Source of the DNA: the human T2T-CHM13v2.0 reference genome, Homo sapiens
Direction: 5' to 3' (one strand)
DNA length: 64,000 nt
Assembly (NCBI RefSeq): GCF_009914755.1
Contig: NC_060935.1
Both the position numbers and the translations under genes were made by a program. Under the pieces are notes generated by a model. It did not search any database and was not told where the DNA came from. It saw only the letters and a program-made list of their open reading frames with translations. Below are positions 15,341-27,882 of the stretch, piece after piece (the stretch's first letter is position 1; the number at the start of each line of letters is the position of its first letter).

Positions 15341-15736
15341 TGTATCCATTTGCTAGGGTTTCCATAACAACATACCAGGGCTGAGTGGCTTAAGCAAAAG
15401 AAATTTATTTGCTCAGAGTTCTGGAGACTGGAAGTCCAAGATCAGGGTGCCAGCAGGGTTGGTTTTCCTCAGAGGCCTCTCTCCTTGGCTTGCCAATGAC
15501 TGCTGTGTCCTCACATGGCAGCCCCTCTGTGCACACACTCCCCTGGGGGCTCTCTGTGTGTCCAAATTCCCTCTTCTTATAAGAACACCAGTCATATTGG
15601 ATTAGAACCCACCCTATCAGCCTCATTTCACCTTACCTCCTTAAAGGTCCTATCTCCAAATACAATCACATTCTGAGTACTGCGGGTAAGGGCTTCAGCA
15701 TATGAATTTTGTGAGGACACAAGGCAGCCCCTAACA
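15341..15736 (-). mobile_element. MLT1B/C-like MaLR solo LTR with intact 5-bp TSD
   Basis: TG...CA termini, GGTGG on both sides (15336-15340 and 15737-15741), and typical MLT1 motifs (ctggagactggaagtccaagatcagg; atctccaaatacaatcacattctgag). Confidence 0.85.
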
Positions 15737-15909
15737 GGTGGCCTAAGAGAATCTTTGTTTGAATGCTAATAATCATGATACCTAACATGTTCTGAGTGTG
15801 ACTCACTATGTGCCAGAGACTTCTAAGTACTTTGCATGTATTATCACAACTATTATCACAATTATAGATTATATAATTATTGATTATATAGATTATAGAT
15901 CAATTATAG

Positions 15910-16428
<519 letters not shown>

Positions 16429-17167
16429 AAGGCTTCTTTTCTTAATCCATGATCTCCCAAAGTCACACCCAAGTCAGTGATGGGATAATATGAGTGGGAG
16501 GACCCAACAACCTCTTTTGGAGGGTCTTGCCCTGACTGGCACTTCACGTGTCTGAGGTTCCTCTTTCGTCCTTTGGCTGGCTGAGTCATCAACATTGAGA
16601 TCTACAGGATGCACCAGCACCTCCTAGAGGGCCCTCAGCAAACCACTGAGCATTTCTTACAAGCTACACCCCCACACCAGATCTTCTCATTTAATCCACC
16701 TATCGACTCTGTGCTAAAACTATTTTTATCCCTGTTACAAATAAGGAAACTGAAATTGGCCTGGCCACAGCCATGGGCACCACCCTTCCCTTGTGTGACC
16801 TTGAGCAGCACACCTAGCCTCTCTGGGTGGATCTCACTGGCCTTGCCTGGAAAATAAATGCTGGATCTCATCTCCCCTTCATTGCTGATGACTCCACTCA
16901 GCTCGTAAGAGGCATTTCTGCTTATGCCTGGAAAAATCTAGCATTCACACACCACCACAATACTATATTCCATGCCAAGTCACCACTATTCTTGGCCTCC
17001 CTATCCCCACCCTCCTTTTTGGGGGTCCCAGACTACAGAACCAATAAACAAACCCACTTTCATGATTCCTCCATCCCCACTCCACTGCCCAAAGTCCCTC
17101 CTCACCCAGGTAACCTGCAAACACCCATCTGGTTTGCATAAGGGCAAACCTGCCCCCTGGAGTGTGA

Positions 17168-17509
<342 letters not shown>

Positions 17510-18477
17510 TAAGCTCACCAGGCCTGTGCAGGATTGGGGGAAGGCACAAAGTCGCCAGATCTGCAGCAAGTGGCTTCTGGCACTTAAGGTTTTTGCAGCA
17601 GATGGGGCTCTAGAGCTGGGCCAGGAAGCCTGTGTCAGTCCCTAGAGAGCTAAGGCAGAGAGGGCCACAGACTGATGATGGGGTGGAGTAGGGCTAGGAA
17701 GCCCCCCTGGCTCTCTGGGGCCCACGAAGCCCTCAGAGGCCAGGTAGGAGTCAGGCCCCAAGCGCCTATGCAGACACTCGTGGAACACTTATTTCTTGTT
17801 AATCCCAGGCCCAGGTCCAGTCCTGTTGGGGACAGCTTAGCAATAAGCTACTCTTCCCTGTCCTGTTGAAGATACTTAACCCCTCTGGGCAGGTCTCAGC
17901 AGAGCAAAGGTGACCAAACCATTCTTTAGTAAGAGTGGAGAAGGGATGAGGAAGGTGTCTACCTTCCTGTGGGGGCTCACTGTGTCTGGGAGGGGGCAGG
18001 CACCTGGAAGGCGTGCATGAAGTGGGTACAATACTGGGTCAGCTCGGGCTTTGCTTGTAGAAATGGAGACAGGAGGGTCCAGGGAGAGAAAATCACAGGG
18101 TCATGGAAGAGGACAGTGGACAGGCGGCCTCAGTTTTGCGTCCTGCCTCTGCCCCTTGGGCGAGTCATCGAAACCCCTCAGAGCACCAGCTTTCTCCCTT
18201 CTCAAACAGGACTGGGATATTTACTTCCTTATGGTCCTTACTCTAGCGTTACTCTGATGCCTCAGGGAAAGGACCTGGGATGGTGCCTGAGACGCGTTAG
18301 GAAAGTGCTCTATAGTGACAGTGATTGTTATGAGCAAAGACTTGAAAGACAGAGAACATCAGTCTTATTCACAAAATATCAGATAATCTACTGGGCCAAA
18401 GGCACAAAGAGATGAAAATAAAAAGCAACAGAGGGCCCTGAATGGCAGGCTGAAAACATGTGCCATTTATTCCACAG

Positions 18478-18551
18478 CCAGAGGCTGACTTTGAGCACCG
18501 ATGTGACATTTAACCCAGAGGCTGACTTTGAGCACAGACGTGACATTTAAC
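18478..18551. repeat. Tandem duplication, 2 x 37 bp
   Basis: ccagaggctgactttgagcac(c/a)ga(t/c)gtgacatttaac twice, with 2 mismatches. Confidence 0.9.
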
Positions 18552-18599
18552 CTCATCAGAGCAGTGACTTAAGACTAGCGAGCTGACAGTCCTTGCGCA

Positions 18600-19100
18600 C
18601 AGACGGTAGGATGGGAGAGTCAGAAAGACAAGTGAAGAAGTTAGTAAAATATCCCAGATAGGAAATAAGGAAGTTCTGAACTAAGTGATGATAGTGATTT
18701 TGGAAAGTGAAAAGGACAGATACATAAGGGCGATAGCAAAGAGATGATTAACAGGGCTTAGGTGAGTAAAGTGTGAATGAAGGGGGTGCATGACAGGAAA
18801 GAATCAAAGGCGACTAAAGCCTGCACATTTTAAAGGCTGGTGCTGTGAGCAGCCGCAGAAAGGTGGCACAGGAAATGCTTTAGGATGGGATGTCAGTGTT
18901 CTCTTTGAGATTCCTTGTGAGCAATGGGTAGAACATCCAGATAAAAATGTCTACTAGGCTTTGGGAACTGAAGCTCAGATAATCTTTCAGGCCTGGAATT
19001 TACGTTTGGGCATCATCTCTAAGGAGTCTGAACTGTGAAAGTGGATGAGGTCACCGAGGAAACTAGTCTAGATTGAAGAGAGAGAAGGGAATGAGCATGG
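18600..19100 (-). mobile_element. L2 LINE fragment
   Basis: Purine-rich diverged L2-like motifs (gtggatgaggtcaccgagga...gattgaagagagagaagg). Confidence 0.5.
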
Positions 19101-19701
19101 TTGGGAGGGAGAACTCCTCCAGAGCAGCTCATGGCCTCAGACCTGCCTGTGGGAACTCCCAGGCCTACCACATTTCAACCCTACTAACCAAAACCAGTGA
19201 CTGGGATCTCAGCCACCTTTCCAGATCCCAGGATTTCAGGAAGGCTCAGAGGTTCTGAGCCTGCAGCCCCTCAGATGAATCTCTCTCCAGATGTAATTCT
19301 GATGGTGCCGGAGCTCCTAACAGTCGAAGGACATGGTGTGTTGAACGTTTTCCCATATTATCTTACCACTTGTTCCTCACCACTATACTAAGAAGTAGTT
19401 ACTGTAACTTCACTGTTACACAGGAAGGCAAGCAGGGCTTTCAGGGGACAGTGCTTTGTCTAAGGATTTAAAGGAGGCAAAGTTGGAGCCCGAACCCAGG
19501 CGTTTGGTTCCAGCCCCACGTGCCATCTGTTAGGCACCTTTCTGCTCCCTCTGCTTGTGTGTCATGCTTTTGCACCACCACCTCATTCCTGCCAATGCCC
19601 ACCTGGTGAGGAGGCCTATTCTACGATGCCTCCTAAATGGGGCCCTTCTCCAAGGAGCTCCCAATGCTTGTTGAAGATCCAGATCCCACTGGTGGAGATT
19701 C

Positions 19702-20002
19702 CTTTTTTTTTTTTTTTTTTTTTGAGATGGAGTCTCACTCTGTTGCCCAGGCTGGAGTGCAGTGGTACAGTCTTGGCTCACTACAACCTCTGCCTCCCAG
19801 GTTCAAGCAATTCTCTTGCCTCAGCCTCCTGAGTATCTGGGATTACAAGCACATGGCACCACACCTGGCAAGTTTTTGTATTTTTAGTAGAGACGGGGTT
19901 TTACTATGTTGGCCCGGCTGGTCTTCAACTCCTGACCTCATGATCCGCCTGCCTCGGCCTCCCAAAGTGCTGGGATTACAGGCGTGAGCCACCGCACCCA
20001 GC
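19702..20002 (-). mobile_element. Alu SINE (AluS-like)
   Basis: Poly-T followed by a full reverse Alu. Confidence 0.93.
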
Positions 20003-20039
20003 TTTGTTGGAGATTCTCTGGCCTGTTGTAACCTGAATC

Positions 20040-20630
20040 TGCCTACTCCTTACCTCCACTGCCCCTGCCTGGTGCAAGCCAGCAGCACCTCTCCTAGGCT
20101 TCTGCGGGGGCATCCTGCTCTCCCCACTTCCTCCTGCCTTCCTGAAGTCTATTCTCCGGACAGCAAGCAGCCAGAGCCATGCTTTCCTCGTTTGTAATCC
20201 TCTTGCTCAAAACTCTTCAATGGCTTATGACAAAATGCAAAGCCCTTAGTGTGGCCCCACCATCCCTCTGACATCCTCTCTACTGCCCCCTCCCTCCCAC
20301 TTCTTCCCTCCGCGCCAGCCTCATAAGACTCTAGCTGCTGCTCCTAGACCCCCAGGCACCCTCGTGCCTCAGAATCTCTTCCCCTGAGCTCCTTCATTCT
20401 GGAACATTCCTACTCCATCTAGTCATATGACTCTCTCCCTCACGAGTTTTGGGTTTCTCTACCTGAACCTCACCTTTTCAGAGGCCTCCCCTGGCCACCT
20501 GATCGAAACCAGCGCCTCCTCACTCTTTACCCTGCTTAGAGTGTCTGTCCTAGTTCTTATCACCTCCCTCACTGACACGTGGGCAGGGCCTGAAACGGTA
20601 GGTGCTCAATAAATTGTCGTCAAATAAATA
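20040..20630 (+). mobile_element. L2 LINE 3' fragment
   Basis: ctcttgctcaaaactcttcaatggctt...gtaggtgctcaataaat are characteristic of the L2 3' end. Confidence 0.6.
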
Positions 20631-21562
20631 ACTGAGAACACATGGCTGAGCAGACTCAAAAGAGAAGGTGCTTGTTTAAAGTTAGGACGCAGATCCAGGT
20701 CTGCTGACTCAGCCCCTTCAATGCTGAGCCTGAGTTGATGCATGGGCTTCTGAGTTCCATCTTCATGCTCAATGGAGACCCATGGGTATTTGTGTCTCTG
20801 GTGGGAAGGAAGTATGCTGCTCACCACTCCCTCCCCTGCTCTCAGAGAATCCTCAAGCACTTCAGGATACTGATCCTGTGCAAAGAGGGTCCCCCAAGGA
20901 AATTGATTTTTCAGAACCCACTTGCCAGCTCATACCTGGCTCCAGTCACACCAAAAGCCAGCTGGAGAGGGCCTGTGTGAATATTCCAGTGAACAGACAG
21001 GATATTTACCTGGCTTTGGCTACACAGAGCAGCAACCTCTGCTTTTGAGTTGCTTGTCTTGACCCATACCATCAGCGGGTAACAAAGTAGGTTCAGAAAG
21101 ACTGATATCTTCTCACCCACCCTGGGCAAGCAGAGACAATCCTGTGGACTCTCAGAGCCAAGCAGCTTAGGCACAGCTATCGCCAGCACCCCACAAATAT
21201 TCCCTAAGGGCTCACATGTAAGCTGGACTAGTGGCTAGCAGGAAGCAAGGAGTTTTAGAAAAATGTCATTGCTTACAGTGGAACCATGTCAGACCCTATC
21301 ATTTAATTATGCCAAAAGCAATGACAGAATGAAATAAATGCCAGGCTCTTTAAATCTCTCATCCTGAACACTGTGCTTCTCCTATCCTCTGAGTATTATT
21401 GATAATGACAGTTCGTTACTTGCACATGATTTGATTGTTTGCAGTGGTCTAATTCGCCATAACACAAAAAGATAGGAGAGGATGTTATAATGATTCTGAA
21501 CTTCAGATGAGAAAACCAAGGCAGGGTATAAAATTTGAGATTGCTTGGCTCATGGGCTAGAC

Positions 21563-22199
21563 CTGTGCTGTTCAATGCAGCAGCCACTAGCCACAGGTTG
21601 CTACTGAGCACTTGAAATACGGTTAGTTGAAAATTGAAATGTGCTCTAAATATAAACCACATACTGGATTTAGAAGACTTACTATGGAAAAAGTGTAAAA
21701 TATCTCATTGATTATTTATTATGCTGAAATGATCTTCTTTTGGCTATATTGAGTTAACATATTAATATACTTTAATATATTATTAAAATTCATTTCATCG
21801 TTTTGTTTTCTTTTAAAAATCTGGCTACTAGTAAATTTAAAATTATGTAGCTCGGCCAGGTGTGGTGGCTCATGCCTGTAATCCCAGCACTTTGGGAGGC
21901 CAAGGCGGCGGATCACCTGAGGTCGGGAGTTCGAGACCAGCCTGGCCAACATGGTGAAACCCTGTCTCTGCTGAAAATACAAAATTAGCCTGGCATGGTG
22001 GCGCATGCCTGTAATCCCACCTACTCAGGAGGCTGAGGCAGGAGAATTGCTTGAATCTGGGAGACGGAGGTTGCTGTGAGCCGAGATCATGCCACTGGAC
22101 TCCGGTCTGGGCAACAAAAGTGAAACACCATCTCAAAAAAAAAAAAAATTATGTAGTTCGCACATGTGGTTCCCATTCTACTTCTATTGGACAGTGCTG
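21563..22199. mobile_element. MER33-like hAT-Charlie element interrupted by an Alu
   Basis: Termini ctgtgctgttcaat...attggacagtgctg; internal agccactagccaca...gagcacttgaaat. Confidence 0.7.
21854..22144 (+). mobile_element. Alu SINE (AluS-like) with TSD
   Basis: TSD aaaattatgtag(c/t)tc at 21839-21853 and 22145-22159. Confidence 0.93.
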
Positions 22200-23828
22200 G
22201 GCCATGGTGGTCTGGACTGTTCTGTGATTCACAGTGCATTTTTTCTGCATTCCTTGACAGCATGGGCTTCTGAGTTATGTCTTCATGCTCACTGGAGACC
22301 CATTGGCATTTGTGTCTCTGGTGGGAAGGAGGTGTGCGGTGCACCTGAAGCTACCATGCCCACTTGCTTTTCACCCCAGTAGCAAACCCTCTGGCCCAGG
22401 GGCAAAGGGTCAAGTGCAGAGACTGAGGTCTGAGGATCTCAGAGACAGAGTGGCTTGCCCATGTTGAGGGAGTTTTGTGCTCTCTTTCTTCATATCTTCC
22501 TGTTGTGGTTGACTCTGTTAGGCTGGGTTGCCTTGAAACAGCATGGCCCATAGGTTCTGTGTCGCATGTAGACTTCAGCAACTTGATCCAAACTGTGGTC
22601 TGCAAATAACTCTCAGCTGCATCCTGTCTCAACCACAGGGATAGGGGAAAACATCCCATGAAGAAAAGAATATCAGGTTATAGAGGGAAATGCAAGACTT
22701 GCCTTGTGAGCCTGGTATTCAGGACCAGAGTTCAGAGCTAACCTTCCTTGAAATTCCCTGGCCTGGCCCCCAGGGTCTGGATGCCCTGGACACCTAGGGA
22801 CTCACATTCCACACAGAGAAGGATCAGCTCCTGTTCCCTGGAACTTGTGCCTCTCTGGCTGCGAGGCCCCTTTCTAAACTCTTGTGTTCTCAACCTTGCA
22901 GTATGAGACATGTCACACATAACCTGGGTGGGGAGGGTACACAGGATCCTGGAAAAGTTAGCAGCATCTACTGTGTATGGGGATGAAAACAGCTAGTGGA
23001 TTAGGGCGGTGGCTTTATCATAAGTGATGCTTTTTCTTTTCTTGGAATTTGCTTTTAAGTTATTGCATCTCCTTTTCAAAAACAAAAAAGTCACATCTAT
23101 GTCCTACAGACTTCCTAAAGGCAATACAGATTGTTTAATTTTTGCACAGGGTGCATACTACGCAGGAGTTACACGCCGCGGGTCCTAATGCAGCCATGTG
23201 ACTTAGGCAGCCCGCGAGGCCTCACTTTGGCCATGTGAACATCAGGTATCCTTTGACAGTGAGCCTGGGCTCAGATGTGCGGGTCTGATGATATACCCAA
23301 GTTCAGTTGCTCTGAGTTGACTAGGAAGGTAGAGAAGATCTTTGTACAGCCTAAAGAGGTAATCTTCAGGAGAAGTCTTTGAAATCTCCCTTCATCCAAA
23401 CACCCAAGATCTTACACCTTGTTTTAAATGGCCTAACACATTGCAAAGCTTTTTTTGGAAACCAGTAGCAATGTTCACAGAACACACACAAACAGAACTC
23501 GAGGAGTCAAGAGCTATGTCCAGTGGTGGAAATGAAGGACAAGGGCTACCCTACCCTCGGCAGCTCTGCTGTGGCCTCTGTCGCCCTGAGATGGAGATGT
23601 GCTGAGTTATTACACCCTTGGGGCCACCGCCACCTCCCTGCTCTATTGTGGCAGCCCCAGGCTCTCTTGTCACCTGTCCCAGTGCTATCAGCTGCCAGTG
23701 GGCCCCAGCCCCATGCTAGCTGTAAGTGCAGGTCTTAATACAAATTAGCAGCAGTGCAGGCAAGCTGAATGGCAAAACCTCGTCCCGCACTCCCCCTCCC
23801 TCTTGTTTTCATCAAGCCTTCTTCACAG

Positions 23829-23999
23829 GCGCCAGCTGCCTCATTAAAGAGCAGCCTTTTATGCTGGGCTTCACCTGTACCCACCCTGAGCGGCAGCCGT
23901 GGAGCCCCATGGCCGCACGCAGGGCTTGCGCTGGCTGGAGGAGGCACGGTGCTTGGGAGCTGCAAGAATGGAGGGAGGACTGGCAGGCGAGCGGGCGAG
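23829..23999 (+). other. FLI1: Alternative internal exon 2a (171 nt) in FLI1 intron 2
   Basis: Acceptor candidate gttttcatcaagccttcttcacag|GCGCC and donor GCGAG|gtatgg. The 5' boundary is inferred from splice signals only; it could instead act as an alternative first exon. Confidence 0.6.
23968..23999 (+). CDS. FLI1: Coding part of alternative exon '2a': N-terminus MEGGLAGERA(R) of a short FLI1 isoform
   Basis: aagaATGG (A at -3, G at +4), then GAG GGA GGA CTG GCA GGC GAG CGG GCG AG|gtatgg. The phase-2 donor matches the exon 3 acceptor. I recall MEGGLAGERA as the alternative N-terminus of a curated human FLI1 isoform (from memory, not checked). Confidence 0.8.
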
Positions 24000-24938
24000 G
24001 TATGGCTTTCCTTCTTTCTCTCCCTGAGCAGTGGGAGGAGGGCCAGCTGGGCAAGTGTGGGGAACCAGGATGGTGCCAGCCCTTCTCCCTAAGGACACCC
24101 GCCTGCAGGTCCTAGTGCAGAAGCCTGGGACCGAGGACAGGGCCATTTTCCAGAGGAGAAACACCCTGGCGGGCGAGCGGCCAAACCGATCACCTGTCCA
24201 GCTGGAGAGCAGGTGTGTGCACAGGGCCGGGGGAGGGAGAGAGGAGGAGGGAAGCGGAACTGGGAGAACTTCTATGGGTCAGTGAATGAGGAGGTTCTGC
24301 TCAGGGAATGAGTGGCAGCGGCCACCCCAGCAAGAGAGCCCCCTCCTCCTCTGCGTCCACTTTCCCTTCGTCTAGGTGCCCATGGCTCCTCTCCTTACAA
24401 GGTCACGTGTTAGGCAGGTTTGGGGAAATGTTTCTTTCAGCTTTTCACATTTATTTTCCTCCAACCCTGGCACCTGGGACCAGCCCTGCCACCTGTGCCT
24501 ACCGTACATGGCCATAACCATAAAGGCTCACTCCATTTCAGTGAGTCCTGAGGTGCTGACTTCTCTGCACAGCAAGAGGTCAGTTTTTAACTCAGAAATC
24601 CCCAGGGGCCCGGCTGATGTGGAAAAGAATTTTTCCAAATATCGTATCCCCACCGTCCACAAACGGGAGGAGCCCGGGGAGTGTGCCCTCCTGTCCCACC
24701 ATCCTGCCCCCTGCTGTAGTTCTCCTTTCCGAGAGACCCCTGCCCATACCCTATGCCCTCTTGCTCTGGGGGTCCTCCAAGGGAAGAGCGTGCAGTGTGG
24801 AGCCCACCTCTCCCACAGAGGCCGCCTGCCAATGAAAACCTTGCTCACTTGGTTGCAGGCCAACTTAATCCTTCAAACTTCTGCAGCACTTGGACTGTTT
24901 CACAACTGACAAGGATGCAGGGAAAGGCTGCCAGACCA

Positions 24939-25298
24939 TGTGCGTGAGTGTGTGTGTATGCGCGCGTGTGTGTAATGTGTATGCGTGTGTGTGCACTGTG
25001 TTTGCATGTGTGTGCATGTGTTGAATGTGTGTGCAGATGAAGTGTACGTGCATGTGTGTGCATGTTCTCTGTGTTGAAATGTGTGCTTCCATGTGGGTGA
25101 AGTATGTGTGTTCCATGTTGGAATGTGTACAGTGCGTGTCTGTGCATGTGTGTTGAAGTGTGTCCATGCATGGGAGTAAGCATATGTGTGCACGTGTTCT
25201 CTGTTGAAGTATGTGCATGCATGTGGGTAAAGTATTGTGCACATGTGTTCTGTGTTGGAGTGTGTGTGCACATGTGCATGCATGTGTGTGAGTGTGTG
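24939..25298. repeat. Degenerate (TG)n/TGCATG-rich low-complexity tract (~360 bp)
   Basis: Direct read; ten TGCATG hexamers counted. Confidence 0.9.
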
Positions 25299-26569
25299 CC
25301 TGCAGTTAGCCCCAGGGCGGGTGAGGGGACCCAGTGCACTCGGGCCAGAGCTCAGCTCAGATGCAGGCACCAGGGTCTGACTGGGACTGCTTCATCTCAG
25401 GCCAGGTCCTTCCGCAGCAGAAGCCAAAGGGCCAAACGCTGGTGAAAAGTCCTGATGTGCTACTGCCTCCCCTCCCCTCCCCTGCCATGGGGACGTTAAA
25501 CCTTCAGCAATCTGGGACTCTGACGGCTGGTTTTTGGTTCTCTGCCTGGAAAAACAGTAGGCGAATAGTAAAACCTTAAATTCTAACATGTGTGAGTTAT
25601 ACATCTTATTTTCATTTTCAGCCCATGTTTCCCTCTGTAAGACATCAGGAAAAAATTACCGTCTGACTTCTAATATCTCAGTGGAGCATTTATCTCCCAG
25701 CTATGATAAGTGATCTTCAATATTTTTTTCCTTTCAGATTAAGAAACAAATTCATTTAATTTTCTTTATTGAATGTGCTCAGGCCTCCCCGCCCTGCCTG
25801 GGTCTCAGGAAGCCCTGGGCTGATCTCCCTTCTCCTGGGTTAGTGACTGCCGTCCCTGCTTGTGGGATGGGTGGGTCCCTATCTGGTACGGCCCTGCTCC
25901 TCAAGGCCTCGCTGTGGTCCGTTCCTGCGCCTGGCAGGGGATGGAGGACAGTGGCCAGGCCTTTGGAACGTCCGGAGAGGTTATGCGGCCTAGAGTTGGA
26001 AGGCTGTAATCTGAACCTTATCTGAACTCCTTGGTCTGAAGGCCTGGTTTGGAGCTCTTGAGAGAACTGGCTGTCTCCCAGGCTGCCAGAACCGATGCTT
26101 CCTGCTCAGTATAATGGCGGCTACAGCTTCTCCTTGGCCTTCCCATCGTCTCCTTTGGTCCTGCTGCTGCTGGAGTGGCTGAGCAGCGGGCACTGGGTGT
26201 GACAGGGTGGCACCTCCCCCAAGTATGCTGGAGGTGCGTGATGCTGGGCTGGAGGGCATGCAGAGTGTGTTTGCCAGCCAGCTTCAGGGCGCCAGGTGGC
26301 CATGGGTGGGACTTCACCCCTCCAGACAGCTGCCCATCACCAGTGCTGCAAAATACCAGGTGCTGATCAAGTTCTGTAGTTCTAGGCTAAGTTGGATGAT
26401 CTGCTTTCTCTCTTGTGAATGTCCATACTGCTTCCACAGTGAGCTTGGGGCCAGGGATGCAAAATGCCACAGGGCCACCACCTCTCCATCAGGTGGAAGT
26501 TCCTGGACTCCATTCCTTCTCCAAGTAGCAACCAGCTCTTTTGCATGTGTGCTTGATAGTGAAGCTTAA

Positions 26570-26740
26570 CACAGAAGACCTGAGTCCTGTTTCCACCTTG
26601 ACTAGCTGTGTGACTGAGCCAGGCAGCCCCTGTCTCGATTTCATTAACCATGAAAAGGAGATAGTAACCCTTGCTGTGCCTATCCTGGGGGCTTACTGGG
26701 AAATTCGAATACAACAGTGCATAAGAAATGCATTAAACTT
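26570..26740 (+). mobile_element. MIR SINE fragment
   Basis: gacctgagtcctg...actagctgtgtgactg resembles MIR. Confidence 0.55.
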
Positions 26741-27263
26741 ATATATGTGCAATAGAAATAACTCACTGAGAAAGCATTTGCTGCTCACCTCCTGTAAGAA
26801 TACTAGGGTTAAACAAAGAAAGTGATGACTATCCTCTCAAGAACTCAGCAGTCAGGGGGCGCAGGCCAAGCTGAGAATCAGACAGTGTGACAAGTCCTTA
26901 TAACCAAGGCGGGCACCAAGTGCTGGGGGACTGTGGGGAAGGCGTGTCTGGGAGCATGGACTAGGTTGCCTGGCAGTGAGGCTAAAAATGTAAGCTGCAG
27001 TCAGACAGGGAGGGCTGCAATGCCACACAAAGAAGCTCAGACCTTGGTCTGAGGGCACTGAGGCGCTGCCAGCAGTTTTTACGTACTGTAATTATAGGAT
27101 TGGGCTGGGATTTGAAGAAAACTCTGGTGGCAGCATGGAGGATAGAAAGAGGGCATCATCATCATCATGACACCAAGTGTGGCCGGGCAATGGCTCCATG
27201 CTCATCATCGGAGCCCTGGGCTCATGATTCAGAGGCTGAGGCAAGCTGCCCTGTCAGTGCTGA

Positions 27264-27882
<619 letters not shown>

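Noticed and set aside
18478-18551. CRISPR-like 37-bp direct repeats
   Set aside because: Only two adjacent copies, no spacer, and eukaryotic context: a simple tandem duplication.
24845-25445. Cluster of His/Thr- or Cys/Val-rich ORFs on both strands
   Set aside because: Artefact of the TG-rich low-complexity repeat.
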